From: Mycobacteriales bacterium
GTDB lineage: Bacteria; Actinomycetota; Actinomycetes; JAFAQI01
Assembly: GCA_035550655.1 (NCBI GenBank)
Contig: DASZOU010000023.1
Location: 26,416 to 90,415, forward strand
Direction of reading: 5' to 3'
Length of the DNA: 64,000 bases
This document shows positions 1 through 12,335 of this stretch, piece by piece. Positions within the stretch are counted from its first letter, which is position 1. Every line of letters starts with the position of its first letter. Both the position numbers and the translations under genes were made by a program. Under the pieces are notes generated by a model. It saw nothing but the letters and a program-made list of their open reading frames with translations. It ran no database searches and was not told the DNA's origin.

Positions 1-277
1 ACTCCCCCGACAACGCTGTCGCAGGCTCCGGCATCTGGTCGACCAGCGCCGCCAGCATCGCTGGTGACGACACGAGGACCGGCACCGGCATCGACCGGTC
101 CCGTCCCTTCGCCGCGAGCAGCGCCTGGACCGCATCGGGCAGAAAGGCGTCGGCGGCCACGCCGTACACGGTGTCGGTCGGAAGCACGACGAGCTCGCCG
201 CTCCGCAGCGCGGCGGCGGCCTCCTCGATGCCCTCCTCGCGCTCGCTCGGTTGGTTGCAGTCGAAGACGCGGCTCAC
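1..277 (-). CDS. tsaC: L-threonylcarbamoyladenylate synthase (Sua5/TsaC), 5' part; runs off the left edge
   Basis: Manual translation MSRVFDCNQPSEREEGIEEAAAALRSGELVVLPTDTVYGVAADAF contains the PTDTVYG motif; GTGA overlap with prmC stop; not in ORF track. Confidence 0.9.
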   Translation of the reverse strand, partial: MSRVFDCNQPSEREEGIEEAAAALRSGELVVLPTDTVYGVAADAFLPDAVQALLAAKGRDRSMPVPVLVSSPAMLAALVDQMPEPATALSGE

Positions 278-1083
278 GGTTGCCAGCTCCCTGTGGTGAA
301 TCGTGGTCGCTTGGTGAGATCGAGATGGTCGCGAACGTCGGAGAAGCCAGCAGCCGTGAAGACAGCCGGCGCCGACTCACCCTGCCGGTCGGAGTGCTCG
401 ACAACGAGCGTCCCGCCCGGACGCAGCAACACCTTCGCTCGGGCGACGACTCGGCGAATCACATCGAGGCCGTCCTCGCCCGCCCACAACGCCTCACCGG
501 GATCATGGTCACGTACCTCGGGATCGACCAGCACGCGCTCGGCAACCGCGACGTACGGCGGATTCGACGCGACGACGTCGACCTGACCATCGAGGTCGTC
601 GGGGGCCGTCTCGAGATCAGCGTGGTGAACGCGCACTCGGGCACTACGCGACTCGTCGGCGGCGCACCACGAATCGACGTTGCGGCGGAGCCACTCAATC
701 GCCGTGTCCGAGACTTCGACCAGGTCGACGAGAGCACCACGGTGTTCCTGTGCGACCGACAGTCCGAGTGCGCCGCTTCCCGCGCACAGGTCGACGACCC
801 GGGGGGCCACGATGCTCGTGGTGGCGTCGAGGACCGCTTCGACGACGACCTCGGTCTCCGGGCGAGGAACGAAGACGCCTGGGCCCACGGCGAGCTCGAG
901 GTAGCGAAATCCGGCCGATCCCATCAGGTGCTGCAACGGCACCCGCTGCGCGCGCTTCGCGACCAGTTCCTCCGCGTCGAGACCGGCGTCGTCGGCGTAG
1001 CGGAGCAAGGCGCGCGCATCGTGTTCAGCGCTCGCCACCCCGGCGGCGGCAAGCCGACCGGTCGCGTCTCGAAGCGTGATCAC
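274..1083 (-). CDS. prmC: Release factor glutamine methyltransferase
   Basis: VFVPRPETE, DLCAGSG and NPPY motifs; follows prfA; start trimmed to GTG 1083. Confidence 0.93.
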   Translation of the reverse strand: MITLRDATGRLAAAGVASAEHDARALLRYADDAGLDAEELVAKRAQRVPLQHLMGSAGFRYLELAVGPGVFVPRPETEVVVEAVLDATTSIVAPRVVDLCAGSGALGLSVAQEHRGALVDLVEVSDTAIEWLRRNVDSWCAADESRSARVRVHHADLETAPDDLDGQVDVVASNPPYVAVAERVLVDPEVRDHDPGEALWAGEDGLDVIRRVVARAKVLLRPGGTLVVEHSDRQGESAPAVFTAAGFSDVRDHLDLTKRPRFTTGSWQP

Positions 1084-1090
1084 CTCAGGC

Positions 1091-2149
1091 TCACTCCTGA
1101 GTGCCGACAGCCGCCGCGGTGTCGGCGTCGGCAAGCGCCTGCACCACGGCGTCGAGGTCACCATCCAGCACCTGGTCGAGGTTGTAGGCCTTGTAACCGA
1201 CCCGGTGGTCACTGATGCGGTTCTCGGGGAAGTTGTAGGTCCGGATCCGCTCGCTGCGGTCGACGGTACGGACCTGGCTGCGGCGCGCTTCCGACGCTTC
1301 GGCGTCCGCGGCCTCTTGTGCCGCTTGCAACATGCGAGCGCGAAGGATACGCATCGCGCTCTCCTTGTTCTGCAGCTGGGACTTCTCGTTCTGGCACGAC
1401 ACGACGATCCCGGTCGGCAGGTGCGTGATCCGCACTGCCGAGTCCGTCGTGTTGACGCTCTGCCCACCGGGCCCCGACGAGCGGTACACGTCGATCCGCA
1501 AGTCGTTCGGGTCGATCTCGATCTCGACGTCCTCGGCTTCCGGCAGCACGAGTACGCCGGCCGCGCTCGTGTGGATCCGACCCTGCGACTCGGTCGCGGG
1601 CACCCGCTGGACGCGATGCACGCCGCCTTCGTACTTCAGCCGGCTCCATGGCATCGGCTCGCCCCGGCCGCGCACCGCGATCGTGGCTTCCTTGTAGCCA
1701 CCCAGATCGCTCTCGGCAGCGTCGAGCAGCTCCGTCTTCCATCCTTGACGCTCGGCGTAGCGCAGATACATGCGCAACAGATCGCCCGCGAACAGCGCCG
1801 ACTCGTCGCCGCCCTCGCCGGCCTTCACCTCGACGATGACGTCCTTGTCGTCATTCGGGTCACGCGGGACCAGCAGGGCACGCAGCTCGTCGGTCAAGCG
1901 CGACAGCGCCGCCTCGAGGTCCGGGATCTCCGCGCGGAAGGACGCGTCCTCGTCGGCAAGCTCCTTGGCTGCCGCGAGATCGTCCCCGGCCCGGCGCCAC
2001 TCGGCGTACTTGGCGACGATCGGGCCGAGCTCGGCGTAGCGCCGGCCAACCGTCCGGGCTCGGCCCTGGTCGGCGTGGATGTCCGGGTCGGACAGCTGCT
2101 TCTCGAGGTCGGCGTGCTCGGCGACAAGCTCTTCGACTTGCTCGAACAC
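1091..2149 (-). CDS. prfA: Peptide chain release factor 1
   Basis: GGQ motif ([10 protein letters not shown]), VPAT anticodon motif, ERIRTYNFP. Confidence 0.97.
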   Translation of the reverse strand: MFEQVEELVAEHADLEKQLSDPDIHADQGRARTVGRRYAELGPIVAKYAEWRRAGDDLAAAKELADEDASFRAEIPDLEAALSRLTDELRALLVPRDPNDDKDVIVEVKAGEGGDESALFAGDLLRMYLRYAERQGWKTELLDAAESDLGGYKEATIAVRGRGEPMPWSRLKYEGGVHRVQRVPATESQGRIHTSAAGVLVLPEAEDVEIEIDPNDLRIDVYRSSGPGGQSVNTTDSAVRITHLPTGIVVSCQNEKSQLQNKESAMRILRARMLQAAQEAADAEASEARRSQVRTVDRSERIRTYNFPENRISDHRVGYKAYNLDQVLDGDLDAVVQALADADTAAAVGTQE

Positions 2150-2196
2150 GATGACTCCAGATGAGTAGCAAACAGGTCAGACGATGCTGACCACAG

Positions 2197-2403
2197 CTAC
2201 TTCTTCGAGTACCTCTGCTCGAAGCGCGCCACGCGACCGCCCGTGTCCAGGATCTTCTGCTTGCCCGTGTAGAAGGGGTGGCAGGCCGAGCAGACGTCGG
2301 CATGGATGACGCCGTTCTTCGCGGTGCTGCGCGTGGTGAAGGTGTTGCCGCACGTGCAGGTCACGCTGGTCTCGACGTACTCGGGGTGGATGTCGGGCTT
2401 CAC
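2197..2403 (-). CDS. rpmE: 50S ribosomal protein L31, Zn-binding (C+) type
   Basis: MKPDIHPEY...CTC...[10 protein letters not shown]; GTG start with AAGGAG RBS. Confidence 0.96.
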   Translation of the reverse strand: MKPDIHPEYVETSVTCTCGNTFTTRSTAKNGVIHADVCSACHPFYTGKQKILDTGGRVARFEQRYSKK

Positions 2404-2513
2404 GGTCGGTGCTCCTTTCGATGGGGGTCGCCGGGTCCCCTCAGCGGGGTGAACCGGAACCGATGCTTCCAGTGTGCCTGAAGTAGGCAAACGCTGTGGA
2501 GCGGTAGATATTC

Positions 2514-4235
2514 CTAGCCCTCGCCCGGACTGGTCTTCTGCACCTGCAGCAGGAACTCGTAGTTGCTGTGCGTCTCCTTGAGCTTGGACAGCAGCAGCTC
2601 CATCCCCTGTTGCGCGTCGAGGGCGTGAAGCACCCGCCGCAGCTTCCAGATGATCTGCAGCTCCTCGGGCGAGAGCAGGATCTCCTCCTTGCGGGTACCC
2701 GACGGGTCGATGTCGACCGCCGGGAAGATCCGCTTGTCCGCGAGCTTGCGATCGAGTTTGAGCTCCATGTTGCCCGTGCCCTTGAACTCCTCGAAGATCA
2801 CGGTGTCCATCGTCGAGCCGGTCTCAACCAGTGCGGTCGCGAGGATAGTCAGCGAGCCGCCGTTCTCGATGTTGCGCGCGGCGCCGAGGAACCGCTTCGG
2901 CGGGTAGAGCGCGGTCGAGTCGACGCCGCCGGAGAGAATCCGGCCGCTCGCCGGCGCCGCCAGGTTGTACGCACGGCCGAGCCGGGTGATCGAGTCGAGC
3001 AGGACGACAACGTCGTGACCGAGCTCGACGAGGCGCTTTGCGCGCTCGATCGACAGCTCGGCGACGCTCGTGTGGTCGGACGGCGGCCGGTCGAAGGTCG
3101 AGGCGATGACCTCACCCTTCACAGACCGCTGCATGTCGGTGACCTCTTCGGGTCGCTCGTCGACGAGAACGACCATGAGGTGGCACTCGGGGTTGTTCGT
3201 CGTGATGGCGTTCGCGATCGCTTGGAGCACCATCGTCTTGCCGGCCTTCGGCGGCGAGACGATCAGACCGCGCTGACCCTTGCCCAGCGGTGCGACGAGG
3301 TCGATGACCCGGGTCGTGTAGATGTTCGGCTCGGTCTCCAGCCGCAGCCGCTCCTGCGGGTAGAGCGGGATCAGCTTCGCGAAGTCCGGACGCTTCTTCG
3401 CCTCTTCCGGGTCGACGCCGTTGACGGTGTCGAGGCGGACCAGCGCGTTGAACTTCTCGCGTCGCTCACCCTCACGCGGCTGGCGGATCATGCCCGTGAC
3501 CGCGTCACCCTTGCGCAACCCGTAGCGCCGCACCTGCGACAAAGAGACGTACACGTCATCGGGGCTCGAGAGATAACCGCTGGTGCGCACGAACGCGTAG
3601 TTGTCGAGGATGTCGACGATCCCGCCGACCGGGACGAGCACATCGTCATCGGAGATGATCGGCTCCGCGTCGTTCGGGCCGAAGCGTTCACGGCTGCCAC
3701 CGCGACCGCGGTTGCGCTCCCGGAACCGGCCGCGACGCGAGCGGTTCGAGCCGAACTCCTCGTCACCCTGACGATTGCCCTGGCCGTCACCACCCGGCCC
3801 GTTGTTCTGACCGTTCTGGTTGTTCTGGTTGTTCTGCCGGTTCTGGCCGTTGCCGCCCTGGCGGTTGCCCTGCTGGCGGTCGCGCGGTTCGCGAGCCTCG
3901 CCGCGGTCGTCCTGCTGACGGTCGCGGGGTTCGCGGTCATCGCCGCGACGGTCGTCGCTTCGCTCAGCGCGGCCGTGCTGTGCGTTGGCGTCATCAGCGG
4001 GAGCCGACGCTGCGGCAGCCCGCGAGGAGCCGCCTTGCTTGGCCTGGATCGCCTCGATCAGCTCGCCTTTGCGCATCCGTGCGGTGCCGGTGATGCCCAG
4101 GTCGCCCGCGAGCGTCTGGAGCTCGGGCAACAGCATCCCGGACAGTCCCTTGCGGCGGCCGTTCGTCGATCCGCCGGCGCTGGTCGACTCGTTGGTCGAC
4201 GCCTCCGCGGAGGAAACCTCGTGAGTTTCGCTCAC
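2514..4235 (-). CDS. rho: Transcription termination factor Rho with actinobacterial N-terminal insertion
   Basis: [34 protein letters not shown]; low-complexity R/D/N/Q insertion. Confidence 0.97.
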   Translation of the reverse strand: MSETHEVSSAEASTNESTSAGGSTNGRRKGLSGMLLPELQTLAGDLGITGTARMRKGELIEAIQAKQGGSSRAAAASAPADDANAQHGRAERSDDRRGDDREPRDRQQDDRGEAREPRDRQQGNRQGGNGQNRQNNQNNQNGQNNGPGGDGQGNRQGDEEFGSNRSRRGRFRERNRGRGGSRERFGPNDAEPIISDDDVLVPVGGIVDILDNYAFVRTSGYLSSPDDVYVSLSQVRRYGLRKGDAVTGMIRQPREGERREKFNALVRLDTVNGVDPEEAKKRPDFAKLIPLYPQERLRLETEPNIYTTRVIDLVAPLGKGQRGLIVSPPKAGKTMVLQAIANAITTNNPECHLMVVLVDERPEEVTDMQRSVKGEVIASTFDRPPSDHTSVAELSIERAKRLVELGHDVVVLLDSITRLGRAYNLAAPASGRILSGGVDSTALYPPKRFLGAARNIENGGSLTILATALVETGSTMDTVIFEEFKGTGNMELKLDRKLADKRIFPAVDIDPSGTRKEEILLSPEELQIIWKLRRVLHALDAQQGMELLLSKLKETHSNYEFLLQVQKTSPGEG

Positions 4236-4567
4236 TTACTGGTCCTTCCTTACTTCATTTCAGTCAGTACGGCCGGGAAGTCCGCGGCGGCACTGGAACC
4301 CGCCTTCGCGGCGGGAGCTTTGTTGAGCCGATCCCGGGTGAGGATTTGCGCGTGCGCCCCAAGGCTGGAGCGGGGAAGCGACGAATCGGATCTACGGCTG
4401 GTGAGACTTGGTGAGGCTCGCTACCGGGGATGCTGACTCGCTGCAGAGCGGAAACCTCGCCCCGATGGGGCGGCTATTCGCAAGGACAGCGTAGTCGTCG
4501 CCGTCCATTCCTGCCAACAAAGGTGCGGTTCCGGGGTATTCCGGCGTGTCCCGCGGACCAATGCCGG

Positions 4568-5491
4568 CTAGAGAGCGGCGAGGTGGGCGCCCTTCTGGTC
4601 GACGTCGAGCGGCAGCGCGCTCCAACCTCGTCGCGCAAAGGTCACGGCTCGGTCACGGCCTGCCTTGGTCGTCAGCGCGAGGACGGTCGGTCCGGCACCC
4701 GACACGACGGCGGGTATCCCCGCCGCCCGCAGCTCCGCAACCAACGCGGCGGTGCGTGGCATCGCGGGCTCGCGGTAGGGCTGATGCAGCCGGTCTTCCG
4801 TCGCGGCAAGCAGGTCACCGGGATGTGAGCGAAGCGCTTCGACCAGCAGCGCAGCGCGCGCGGCATTGGCAACGGCATCAGCGTGAGGCACTGAGTCGGG
4901 CAGCAGCTTGCGCGCCGCCTTCGTCGACGCCCCCGTTCCCGGCACGAACGCCACCGGCGCGAGGTCTGCCGACACCGGCACCTTCAACGCGCGCGCACCC
5001 GACGCATCGCTCCAGGCGATGGTCAGTCCGCCGAGCAGGCAAGCGGCGACGTTGTCCGGGTGACCTTCGAGCTGCGCGGCATGCGCAAGCGCGGCGTCAT
5101 CGTCCATGCGTTCGCTGCCACCCACGACCAGTCCGCGTGCGGCGACCACGCCCGCGACGATCGCTGCCGCCGATGAGCCGAGACCGCGGCTGTGAGGAAT
5201 CCGGTTGGCACACACGACCTCGAGACCGGTGGGTGCCCCGCCGAGCAGCTTGAACGTCGCGCGCATCGACTTCACCACCAGATGACGCGCGTTGCGCGGC
5301 ACACTCGCCGCACCCATCCCCGCCACGTCGACGGACAGACCGGGCTCGTCGGTGACGCGTACGACGACGTCGTCGTACAGCTCGAGGGCAAGCCCGAGCG
5401 CGTCGAACCCCGGACCGAGGTTGGCACTGGTCGCGGGTACGCGAACCCGTACCGGAGCAGCCTTGAACGTCGGGCCGGACCGTCTGGCCAT
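4568..5491 (-). CDS. thrB: Homoserine kinase
   Basis: PATSANLGPGFD, RGLGSSAAA, HPDNVAA; TAATG coupling to thrC. Confidence 0.95.
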   Translation of the reverse strand: MARRSGPTFKAAPVRVRVPATSANLGPGFDALGLALELYDDVVVRVTDEPGLSVDVAGMGAASVPRNARHLVVKSMRATFKLLGGAPTGLEVVCANRIPHSRGLGSSAAAIVAGVVAARGLVVGGSERMDDDAALAHAAQLEGHPDNVAACLLGGLTIAWSDASGARALKVPVSADLAPVAFVPGTGASTKAARKLLPDSVPHADAVANAARAALLVEALRSHPGDLLAATEDRLHQPYREPAMPRTAALVAELRAAGIPAVVSGAGPTVLALTTKAGRDRAVTFARRGWSALPLDVDQKGAHLAAL

Positions 5492-6564
5492 TACAGGTCG
5501 AGAGCTTCCGCCGCCGCCGAGACCTCGGCGGCGATGGTCAGCGGCGCGGGAGCACCGGCGATCGCCCACTCGGGATCCTTCAGACCGTTGCCCGTCACGG
5601 TGCACACGACGCGAAGCCCGGCGTCGAGCGTCCCTTCGTGACGGGCCTGCAACAGGCCCGCGACGCTGGCGGCGCTCGCCGGTTCGACGAACACACCTTC
5701 TTCCTTCGCGAGGATCCGGTACGCGGCCAGGATGTCGCGGTCGGTGACCGCCTCGATGGCACCGCCGGACTCGTCACGAGCCGCAAGTGCCTGTTGCCAC
5801 GATGCGGGATTGCCGATCCGGATCGCGGTGGCAATGGTCGACGGCGAGTGGACCGGTGCACCGCGCACGATTGGTGCGGCGCCGGCTGCCTGGAACCCGC
5901 GCATGACCGGACGGTGCGTGGCGATCCCGTCGCCGGCGTATTCGACGTAGCCCTTCCAGTAGGCCGTGATGTTGCCGGCGTTGCCCACGGGGAGGCAGTG
6001 GACGTCCGGCGCGTCACCGAGCGCGTCACAGATCTCGAACGACGCCGTCTTCTGGCCTTCGATCCGGAACTCGTTGACGGAGTTCACGAGAGCGACCGGG
6101 TACTTCTCTGCGAGATCCCGCGCGAGGTTGAGGCAGTCGTCGAAGTTGCCATCGACCTGCAGCAGCCGCGCACCGTGCACGAGCGCCTGCGCAAGCTTGC
6201 CCATCGCGATCTTGCCGCGTGGCACCAGCACCGCGCACACCATCTCGGCGCGGACGGCGTACGCCGCGGCGCTCGCGGAGGTGTTGCCGGTAGAAGCGCA
6301 GATGACGGCCTTGGCGCCTTCCTCAGCCGCTTTGCTGATCGCCATGGTCATCCCGCGGTCCTTGAACGACCCTGTCGGGTTGAGGCCCTCGACCTTCAGC
6401 AGGACATCGCAGCCGGTGCGCTTGGACAGCCGCGGCGCCGGGATGAGCGGCGTACCGCCTTCGAGCAGCGTGATCACCGGCGTGGCGTCCGTGACCGGCA
6501 ACCGGTCGCGAAACTCCTCGATGACACCTCGCCACGGCGCCGACCGAGCGACGGTGGTCGTCAT
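5491..6564 (-). CDS. thrC: Threonine synthase
   Basis: [13 protein letters not shown] lysine, ASTGNT, PVGNAGN. Confidence 0.96.
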   Translation of the reverse strand: MTTTVARSAPWRGVIEEFRDRLPVTDATPVITLLEGGTPLIPAPRLSKRTGCDVLLKVEGLNPTGSFKDRGMTMAISKAAEEGAKAVICASTGNTSASAAAYAVRAEMVCAVLVPRGKIAMGKLAQALVHGARLLQVDGNFDDCLNLARDLAEKYPVALVNSVNEFRIEGQKTASFEICDALGDAPDVHCLPVGNAGNITAYWKGYVEYAGDGIATHRPVMRGFQAAGAAPIVRGAPVHSPSTIATAIRIGNPASWQQALAARDESGGAIEAVTDRDILAAYRILAKEEGVFVEPASAASVAGLLQARHEGTLDAGLRVVCTVTGNGLKDPEWAIAGAPAPLTIAAEVSAAAEALDL

Positions 6565-7865
6565 GCGCCACCCCCCTCGACTCGCATCACACTTGCAACG
6601 GCGCGAACAACGTCCAACTGGCGCAGCTCTTCCACGGTGGCGGACAGGGCCGCGTCGGTTGCGTCGTGGGTCACGAGGTCCAGCGTCGCATCGTCACCGT
6701 GTCCCTCTTGCCGAACCGTCTGGATCGACACGTCGTGCACGGCGAATGCCTGCGCGATGCTGGCGAGCACACCCGCCTTGTCCGCCACATCCAGGCTGAC
6801 GTGGTAGCGCGTGATGGTCTCTCCCATCGGCCGGATCGGGAGCGCGGCGTACGACGAGTCGCCGGCACCGCGCGCGCCGGACAGCCGGTTCCGGCAGACG
6901 GCCACCAGATCGCCGAGGACTGCGCTCGCGGTCGGCGCGCCGCCGGCACCGCGGCCGTAGAACATCAGCTGGCCCGCAGCGTCGGCCTCGATGAACACGG
7001 CGTTGTACGCGTCGCGGACGCCGGCGAGCGGGTGGCTGAGCGGAAGGATCGCCGGGTGCACTCGCACGCCGACCGACTCACGCCCGTTGCGGTCGGGGGC
7101 GCGCTCGGCAATCGCAAGCAGCTTCACGACACCACCCATGTCGCGCGCGCTCGCGACGTCGCCGGCAGTCACGTCGGAGATGCCTTCGCGATGTACGTCG
7201 GCGGCGGTCACCCTGGTGTGGAAGGCGAGACCGGCAAGAATCGCGGCCTTCGCCGCCGCGTCGAACCCGTCCACATCCGCCGACGGGTCGGCCTCGGCGT
7301 AGCCGAGCGCCTGCGCCTCCTCGAGCGCGTCGGAGAAGCTCGCGCCGGTGCTGTCCATCTTGGTCAGGATGTAGTTGGTGGTCCCGTTGACGATGCCGAT
7401 CACCCGGTTGACGCGGTCGCCGGCGAGCGACTCGCGAAGCGGCCGCAGCAGCGGGATCGCGCCCGCGACGCTGGCCTCGCAATAGAGATCGGTGTTGCCG
7501 CGGCGCGCCGCGTCGTACAGCGTGCCGCCGTCCTCGGCGAGCAGGGCCTTGTTGGCGGTCACCACGGACGCGCCACGCTCGAGCGCCGTCACCAGCAGGG
7601 AGCGGGCAGGCTCGATGCCGCCGATGACCTCGATGACGACGTCGACGTCCTCGCGCGCGACCAGGGCGGCGCTGTCAGTGGTGAACAGCGACGGATCGAC
7701 AGCGACGTCACGAGAGCGCTGCGGCCGGCGTACGGCGATGCCGGCGATCTCCAGCGGTGCGCCGATGCGCTGCGCAAGGTCGCCACTGTGCGCACCGATC
7801 AGCCGCACGACCTCGCTGCCGACGACACCGCAACCCAGCATCGCGATCTTCAACGGTTTGCTCAT
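6561..7865 (-). CDS. hom: Homoserine dehydrogenase with ACT domain
   Basis: [34 protein letters not shown]; ATGA overlap with lysA. Confidence 0.95.
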   Translation of the reverse strand: MSKPLKIAMLGCGVVGSEVVRLIGAHSGDLAQRIGAPLEIAGIAVRRPQRSRDVAVDPSLFTTDSAALVAREDVDVVIEVIGGIEPARSLLVTALERGASVVTANKALLAEDGGTLYDAARRGNTDLYCEASVAGAIPLLRPLRESLAGDRVNRVIGIVNGTTNYILTKMDSTGASFSDALEEAQALGYAEADPSADVDGFDAAAKAAILAGLAFHTRVTAADVHREGISDVTAGDVASARDMGGVVKLLAIAERAPDRNGRESVGVRVHPAILPLSHPLAGVRDAYNAVFIEADAAGQLMFYGRGAGGAPTASAVLGDLVAVCRNRLSGARGAGDSSYAALPIRPMGETITRYHVSLDVADKAGVLASIAQAFAVHDVSIQTVRQEGHGDDATLDLVTHDATDAALSATVEELRQLDVVRAVASVMRVEGGGA

Positions 7866-9244
7866 CCGAGATCCAGCCCCAGCAGGTCGTCGAGAGTCTC
7901 GCGCCGCACCATGACGCGGCTCGCGCCATCCTTGACTGCGACGACCGGTGGTCGTGGCACTGCGTTGTAGTTGCTGGCCATCGAGCGACAGTAGGCGCCC
8001 GTGGCCGCGACGGCGAGCAGATCCCCGGGGGCAAGGTCCTGCGGCAGCCACAGATCACGCACGACGATGTCGCCCGCCTCGCAGTGTTTGCCGACCAGCC
8101 GCGCCAGCATCGGCGCCGCATCACTGTCCCGCGATGCCAGCACACAGGTGTACGACGCGTCGTACAGCGCGGTGCGGATGTTGTCGCTCATCCCGCCATC
8201 AACGCTGACGTAGGTCCTGATGCCGTCGATCTCCTTGACGGTTCCGACCTCGTAGAGGGTGACGCCGGCGGGGCCGACGATCGCGCGGCCCGGCTCGACG
8301 GCAAGCCGCGGCACCGGAAGCGCGGCGGCCTCGCACTCGCGCTCGACGATCAGGCGCAGCTGCTTCGCGACCTCGGCGACGTCGGCCGGGTCGTCGTCGG
8401 GCGTGTAGGCGATACCGAGCCCGCCACCGAGGTCGAGCTCGGGCAAGGTCAAACCCACCACGTCGCGCACTGTCGCAAGCAGCCCGACGACGCGGTGAGC
8501 AGCGACCTCGAAGCCCGCGGTGTCGAAGATCTGCGAGCCGATGTGGCTGTGGAGGCCGACCAGCTCGAGCGACGGCAGCGCGACGACGCGTCGTACCGCC
8601 TCGAGCGCGGCACCCCCGGCGAGAGAGAACCCGAACTTCTGGTCCTCGTGTGCCGTCGCGATGAACTCATGGGTGTGCGCCTCGACGCCGACCGTGACGC
8701 GGACGAGCACCCGCTGCCTGACGCCGGCCGCCTCCGCCACGTGGGCGAGCCGCGCGATCTCGTGGTCGCTGTCGACGACCACCCGGCCGACTCCGGCTGC
8801 GACCGCGGCCTCGAGCTCGCCGCGGGACTTGTTGTTCCCGTGCATGAGGATCCGCTCGGCCGGGAAGCCTGCGGCGAGCGCGGTCGCCAGCTCACCGCCA
8901 CTCGACACGTCGAGCGACAGGCCTTCTTCTCGCACCCAGGCCGCGACGCCCTTCGACAGGAACGCCTTCGCCGCGTAATAGATATCGGTGTCATCGCCGA
9001 AGGCGGCGCGATAGCCCCGGCACCGGCTCCGGACATCGTCTTCGGACAGGACATACACCGGGGTGCCGTGCGCGGCGGCGAGGTCGCGTACGTCGCAGCC
9101 ACCGAGGTGCATCACTCCGCCGACGCGTTCAGCCCCGAGCGGCCAGATCCGCGGGTCCAGCTCACCGAACGCGGCAGGGGGCGCCCCGAGGGGGTGACTC
9201 GTCGTCGGGTCGGCATGCATCGCGCCGGCCGGGTGGGCCTTCAT
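7862..9244 (-). CDS. lysA: Diaminopimelate decarboxylase
   Basis: YAAKAF PLP lysine, [22 protein letters not shown]. Confidence 0.95.
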   Translation of the reverse strand: MKAHPAGAMHADPTTSHPLGAPPAAFGELDPRIWPLGAERVGGVMHLGGCDVRDLAAAHGTPVYVLSEDDVRSRCRGYRAAFGDDTDIYYAAKAFLSKGVAAWVREEGLSLDVSSGGELATALAAGFPAERILMHGNNKSRGELEAAVAAGVGRVVVDSDHEIARLAHVAEAAGVRQRVLVRVTVGVEAHTHEFIATAHEDQKFGFSLAGGAALEAVRRVVALPSLELVGLHSHIGSQIFDTAGFEVAAHRVVGLLATVRDVVGLTLPELDLGGGLGIAYTPDDDPADVAEVAKQLRLIVERECEAAALPVPRLAVEPGRAIVGPAGVTLYEVGTVKEIDGIRTYVSVDGGMSDNIRTALYDASYTCVLASRDSDAAPMLARLVGKHCEAGDIVVRDLWLPQDLAPGDLLAVAATGAYCRSMASNYNAVPRPPVVAVKDGASRVMVRRETLDDLLGLDLG

Positions 9245-9248
9245 CGCG

Positions 9249-10904
9249 CTACATCCGCTCCGGAGCGGTGACGCCGAGCAGGCCGAGCCCACTCGCGATC
9301 ACGATCCGCGTCGCTTCCACCAGCCACAGCCGGGCGCGGGTGAGGTCCGTGGCCGGCTCGTCTCCCATCGGCAGCACCCGACACGCGTCGTAGAAGCGGT
9401 GGTAGGTCCCCGCGAGCTCCTCGAGGTAGCGCGCGACTCGGTGCGGCTCGCGCAGCTCGGCGGCACTCGCGACGATCCGCGGGAACTCGCCGAGCGCCGC
9501 CAGCAGGTCGCTCTCACGTGGCTCGGCAAGCAGGCCGCCGTCGAAGTCGTCACCGCGAGTGATCCCGAGATCGGCGGCGTTGCGAAGCAACGACGAGATC
9601 CGGGCGTGTGCGTACTGCACGTAGAACACCGGGTTGTCGTTGGTCTTGCGCGCCCAGAGGTCCAGATCGAGGTCGATCGGCGAGTCGCTGCTGTACCGCG
9701 CGAGCGCGTAGCGGGCGGCGTCCACCCCGATCGCGTCGACCATGTCGGCAAGCAGTACGACGTTGCCGGCGCGTTTGGACATCCGGACCGGCTCACCGTC
9801 CTTGAGCAGGTTGACCATCTGTCCGATCAGCACCTCGATCGTGCGATCCGGGTCGTCACCGAAACACGCCGCGATGGCACGCAGCCGCCCGACGTACCCG
9901 TGGTGATCGGCGCCCAGCATGTAGATGCAGCGGTCGAAGCCGCGCTCACGCTTGTCGAGGTAGTACGCGCAGTCGGCGGCGAAGTAGGTCCATTCGCCGT
10001 CGCTCTTGCGAAGCACCCGGTCCTTGTCATCGCCGAGGTCGACGGTGCGCAGCCAGAACGCGCCGTCGGCCTCGTAGATCCGGCGCTGCTCGGTCAGGCG
10101 TCCGAAGGCGGCCTCCAGCTCACCCTTGTCGTGCAGCGACTTCTCGTTGAAGTAGACGTCGAAGACCACGCCGAAGTCGGCCAGCGATCCTTTGATCTCG
10201 GCGAACATCCGCTCGACGCCCTCGGCGCGGAACAGCTCGATCGCGTCGGCTTCCGGGAGCGACGTGGCCTCGGGATGGTCGGCAACGATCGCCGCCGCGA
10301 TCTCCCCGATGTACTCCCCCGCGTAGCCGTCCTCTGGGGCCTCTTCACCGCGTGCGGCGGCAAGCAGGGAGCGGGCGAACCGGTCGATCTGCGAGCCGGC
10401 GTCGTTGAAGTAGTACTCCCGGGTGACGTCCGCGCCGGCCGCGGTCAGGATCCTGCCGAGCGCGTCACCGACTGCCGCCCAACGCACGGCACCGATGTGG
10501 ACCGGGCCGGTCGGGTTCGCGGAGACGAACTCCAGGTTGATCCGCTGCTTGGCGAGGGTGTCGGTGCGGCCGTAGTCCGCACCCGCCGAGACGATCGTCC
10601 GGGCAAGCTCACCGTGGGCACCTGCTGCCAGCGTGATGTTGAGGAAGCCCGGCCCGGCGACGTCCACCGCCTGGATTCCCGCCGTCTCGCGCAGCCGGGT
10701 CGCGACGATCTCGGCCACTTCGCGCGGCGAGCGCCCGGCGGGCTTGGCGAGCTGGAGCGCCACGTTCGTGGCGTAGTCGCCGTGGTCGCGACTCTTGGGC
10801 CGCTCGACCAGGACGGAGTCGGGCGCATCCACGGCCAGCTCGCCGGCCGCCACGGCAGCGCGAACCGCCGCCACGACGGCGTCACCGAGATCGGCCGGAG
10901 TCAC
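9249..10904 (-). CDS. argS: Arginine--tRNA ligase
   Basis: [18 protein letters not shown]-type motif, [14 protein letters not shown]. Confidence 0.96.
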   Translation of the reverse strand: MTPADLGDAVVAAVRAAVAAGELAVDAPDSVLVERPKSRDHGDYATNVALQLAKPAGRSPREVAEIVATRLRETAGIQAVDVAGPGFLNITLAAGAHGELARTIVSAGADYGRTDTLAKQRINLEFVSANPTGPVHIGAVRWAAVGDALGRILTAAGADVTREYYFNDAGSQIDRFARSLLAAARGEEAPEDGYAGEYIGEIAAAIVADHPEATSLPEADAIELFRAEGVERMFAEIKGSLADFGVVFDVYFNEKSLHDKGELEAAFGRLTEQRRIYEADGAFWLRTVDLGDDKDRVLRKSDGEWTYFAADCAYYLDKRERGFDRCIYMLGADHHGYVGRLRAIAACFGDDPDRTIEVLIGQMVNLLKDGEPVRMSKRAGNVVLLADMVDAIGVDAARYALARYSSDSPIDLDLDLWARKTNDNPVFYVQYAHARISSLLRNAADLGITRGDDFDGGLLAEPRESDLLAALGEFPRIVASAAELREPHRVARYLEELAGTYHRFYDACRVLPMGDEPATDLTRARLWLVEATRIVIASGLGLLGVTAPERM

Positions 10905-10910
10905 CCATCG

Positions 10911-10916
10911 AGGCTA
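10911..10916 (-). promoter_or_regulatory. -10 hexamer TAGCCT of a leaderless argS promoter
   Basis: TANNNT exactly 6 nt upstream of the GTG start, no SD sequence. Confidence 0.6.
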
Positions 10917-10962
10917 TCGGTTGCCATCTAACGATTTGCGCCACAAACGGCGTCGCCGGAAG

Positions 10963-11337
10963 CTAGGCGTCGTCGCCCGCCAGGATCCGGATCAGCGTCA
11001 CCAGTTCCTCGGGGTCGAACGGCTTGGTGAGGTATGCGTCGACACCCAGGCGCTCGCCGTGCTGGATGTCCGCCTCCTGTGCCCGCGCCGACAGCAACAC
11101 CACTTTGATGTGTGCGGTGTCAGGGTTTTCGCGCAACCGGCTCGCGGTCTGCCACCCGTCGAGCCGAGGCATCATCACGTCGAGGGTCACCACGTCCGGC
11201 CGGATGTCGCCAATGCGGTCGAGGGCATCCTGGCCGTCCACCGCGGTCACGACCTCGAAGCCCTCGAGCTCCAGGTTGACCGTGATCAGCTGACGGATCA
11301 CGTCGTCGTCCTCGACAACGAGCACCCGAGTCGGCAT
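10963..11337 (-). CDS. Stand-alone response regulator receiver domain protein
   Basis: VLVVEDD, LDVMMP (phospho-Asp), YLTKPF; no output domain. Confidence 0.9.
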   Translation of the reverse strand: MPTRVLVVEDDDVIRQLITVNLELEGFEVVTAVDGQDALDRIGDIRPDVVTLDVMMPRLDGWQTASRLRENPDTAHIKVVLLSARAQEADIQHGERLGVDAYLTKPFDPEELVTLIRILAGDDA

Positions 11338-11348
11338 AGGTGAGGACC

Positions 11349-12335
11349 CTACTCACTCGGGCGGGCGCGAAGCACCCGCCACAAGGCGTGGTAGCTGGGC
11401 CAGGTGATGGAATCCGTGACCCATCCCGCCGCCTCGAGCTCGCGCTCCAGCGCCGGCAGGTTGCGCCAGGGCACCCCGATGTCGACGTGGTGCGCGAGAT
11501 GCCAGCCGATGTTGAACGGGACCATGAAGAAGCGAGCCGGCCAGGTCTGGCGAACGTGGTGCGTCGTGAGGCGCCGGTCTTTCGACCGGACCATCCCGCC
11601 GTGCTCTGCGATCGCCCGCAGCCGGTTGATCACCCGCCACACGGTCAGCCATGGGCCGAGCCACAGCAGCGGCCACAGCCACCACCGTCCGACGGCGACG
11701 GCAGCCACGATGAGCGGAACCTGCGCGGCGAGGATGCCCAGGACGGTACGGCGCGCTCCTGGTAGGCGGAGGCCGCGAAGCAGGGCCTTGAGGTTCTTCC
11801 AGCCGCTGGACCCGACAGCGTCGCGGCGCATCTTGCGCCAGAACGACGCCCGGGTGATCGGGTAGCCGTTGTAGAGATTGAGATCAGGCTCGTTCGGCCC
11901 GAACTCGTCCTTGTGATGCGCGAAGTGAACGCGCCGGTAGAGGTCGAACGGAAAGAACGCCGGGTAGGCGATCAGCCAACGCCCGACAACGTCGTTGGCT
12001 CGCTTGTTGGCGAACAGCAGCCGGTGAGCCGCCTCGTGCCCGAGGCTGGCGAACCGGGCGTGCGCCGGACCCATCAGGACGAACGCAACGGCGTACCCGA
12101 TGGGGTTGCCGATCCACACCGCCAGCCAGACGGTCACGATGGCCTGGGCCCAGGTCAGGGCCACGCTGCCGATGTTGCGGTACGACGCGATCCGCCGCAG
12201 CTCGGCACGGATCTCCGGGACCGGAGTGCCGGTCTCGGTGAGGCGCTCGGTGGGCAGCACATCGGGCAGGGCAGCAGCCGGCGGCACCACGGTGGTGCAG
12301 GGCGCGAGCGGCCGAGCGGCCAGCGTGATAACCAC
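11349..12335 (-). CDS. Membrane fatty acid desaturase family protein
   Basis: Three His boxes HEAAH, HFAHH, HLAHH plus hydrophobic segments. Confidence 0.85.
   Translation of the reverse strand: MVITLAARPLAPCTTVVPPAAALPDVLPTERLTETGTPVPEIRAELRRIASYRNIGSVALTWAQAIVTVWLAVWIGNPIGYAVAFVLMGPAHARFASLGHEAAHRLLFANKRANDVVGRWLIAYPAFFPFDLYRRVHFAHHKDEFGPNEPDLNLYNGYPITRASFWRKMRRDAVGSSGWKNLKALLRGLRLPGARRTVLGILAAQVPLIVAAVAVGRWWLWPLLWLGPWLTVWRVINRLRAIAEHGGMVRSKDRRLTTHHVRQTWPARFFMVPFNIGWHLAHHVDIGVPWRNLPALERELEAAGWVTDSITWPSYHALWRVLRARPSE

Noticed and set aside
4236-4567. Riboswitch or ncRNA in the long rho leader
   Set aside because: Only a short hairpin (CCCGCC/GGCGGG) and a C-rich stretch; no recognisable aptamer; an autoregulatory rut site is possible but unsupported
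1-10904. Core block from tsaC to argS
   Set aside because: Standard actinobacterial gene order; nothing unusual apart from the Rho low-complexity tract
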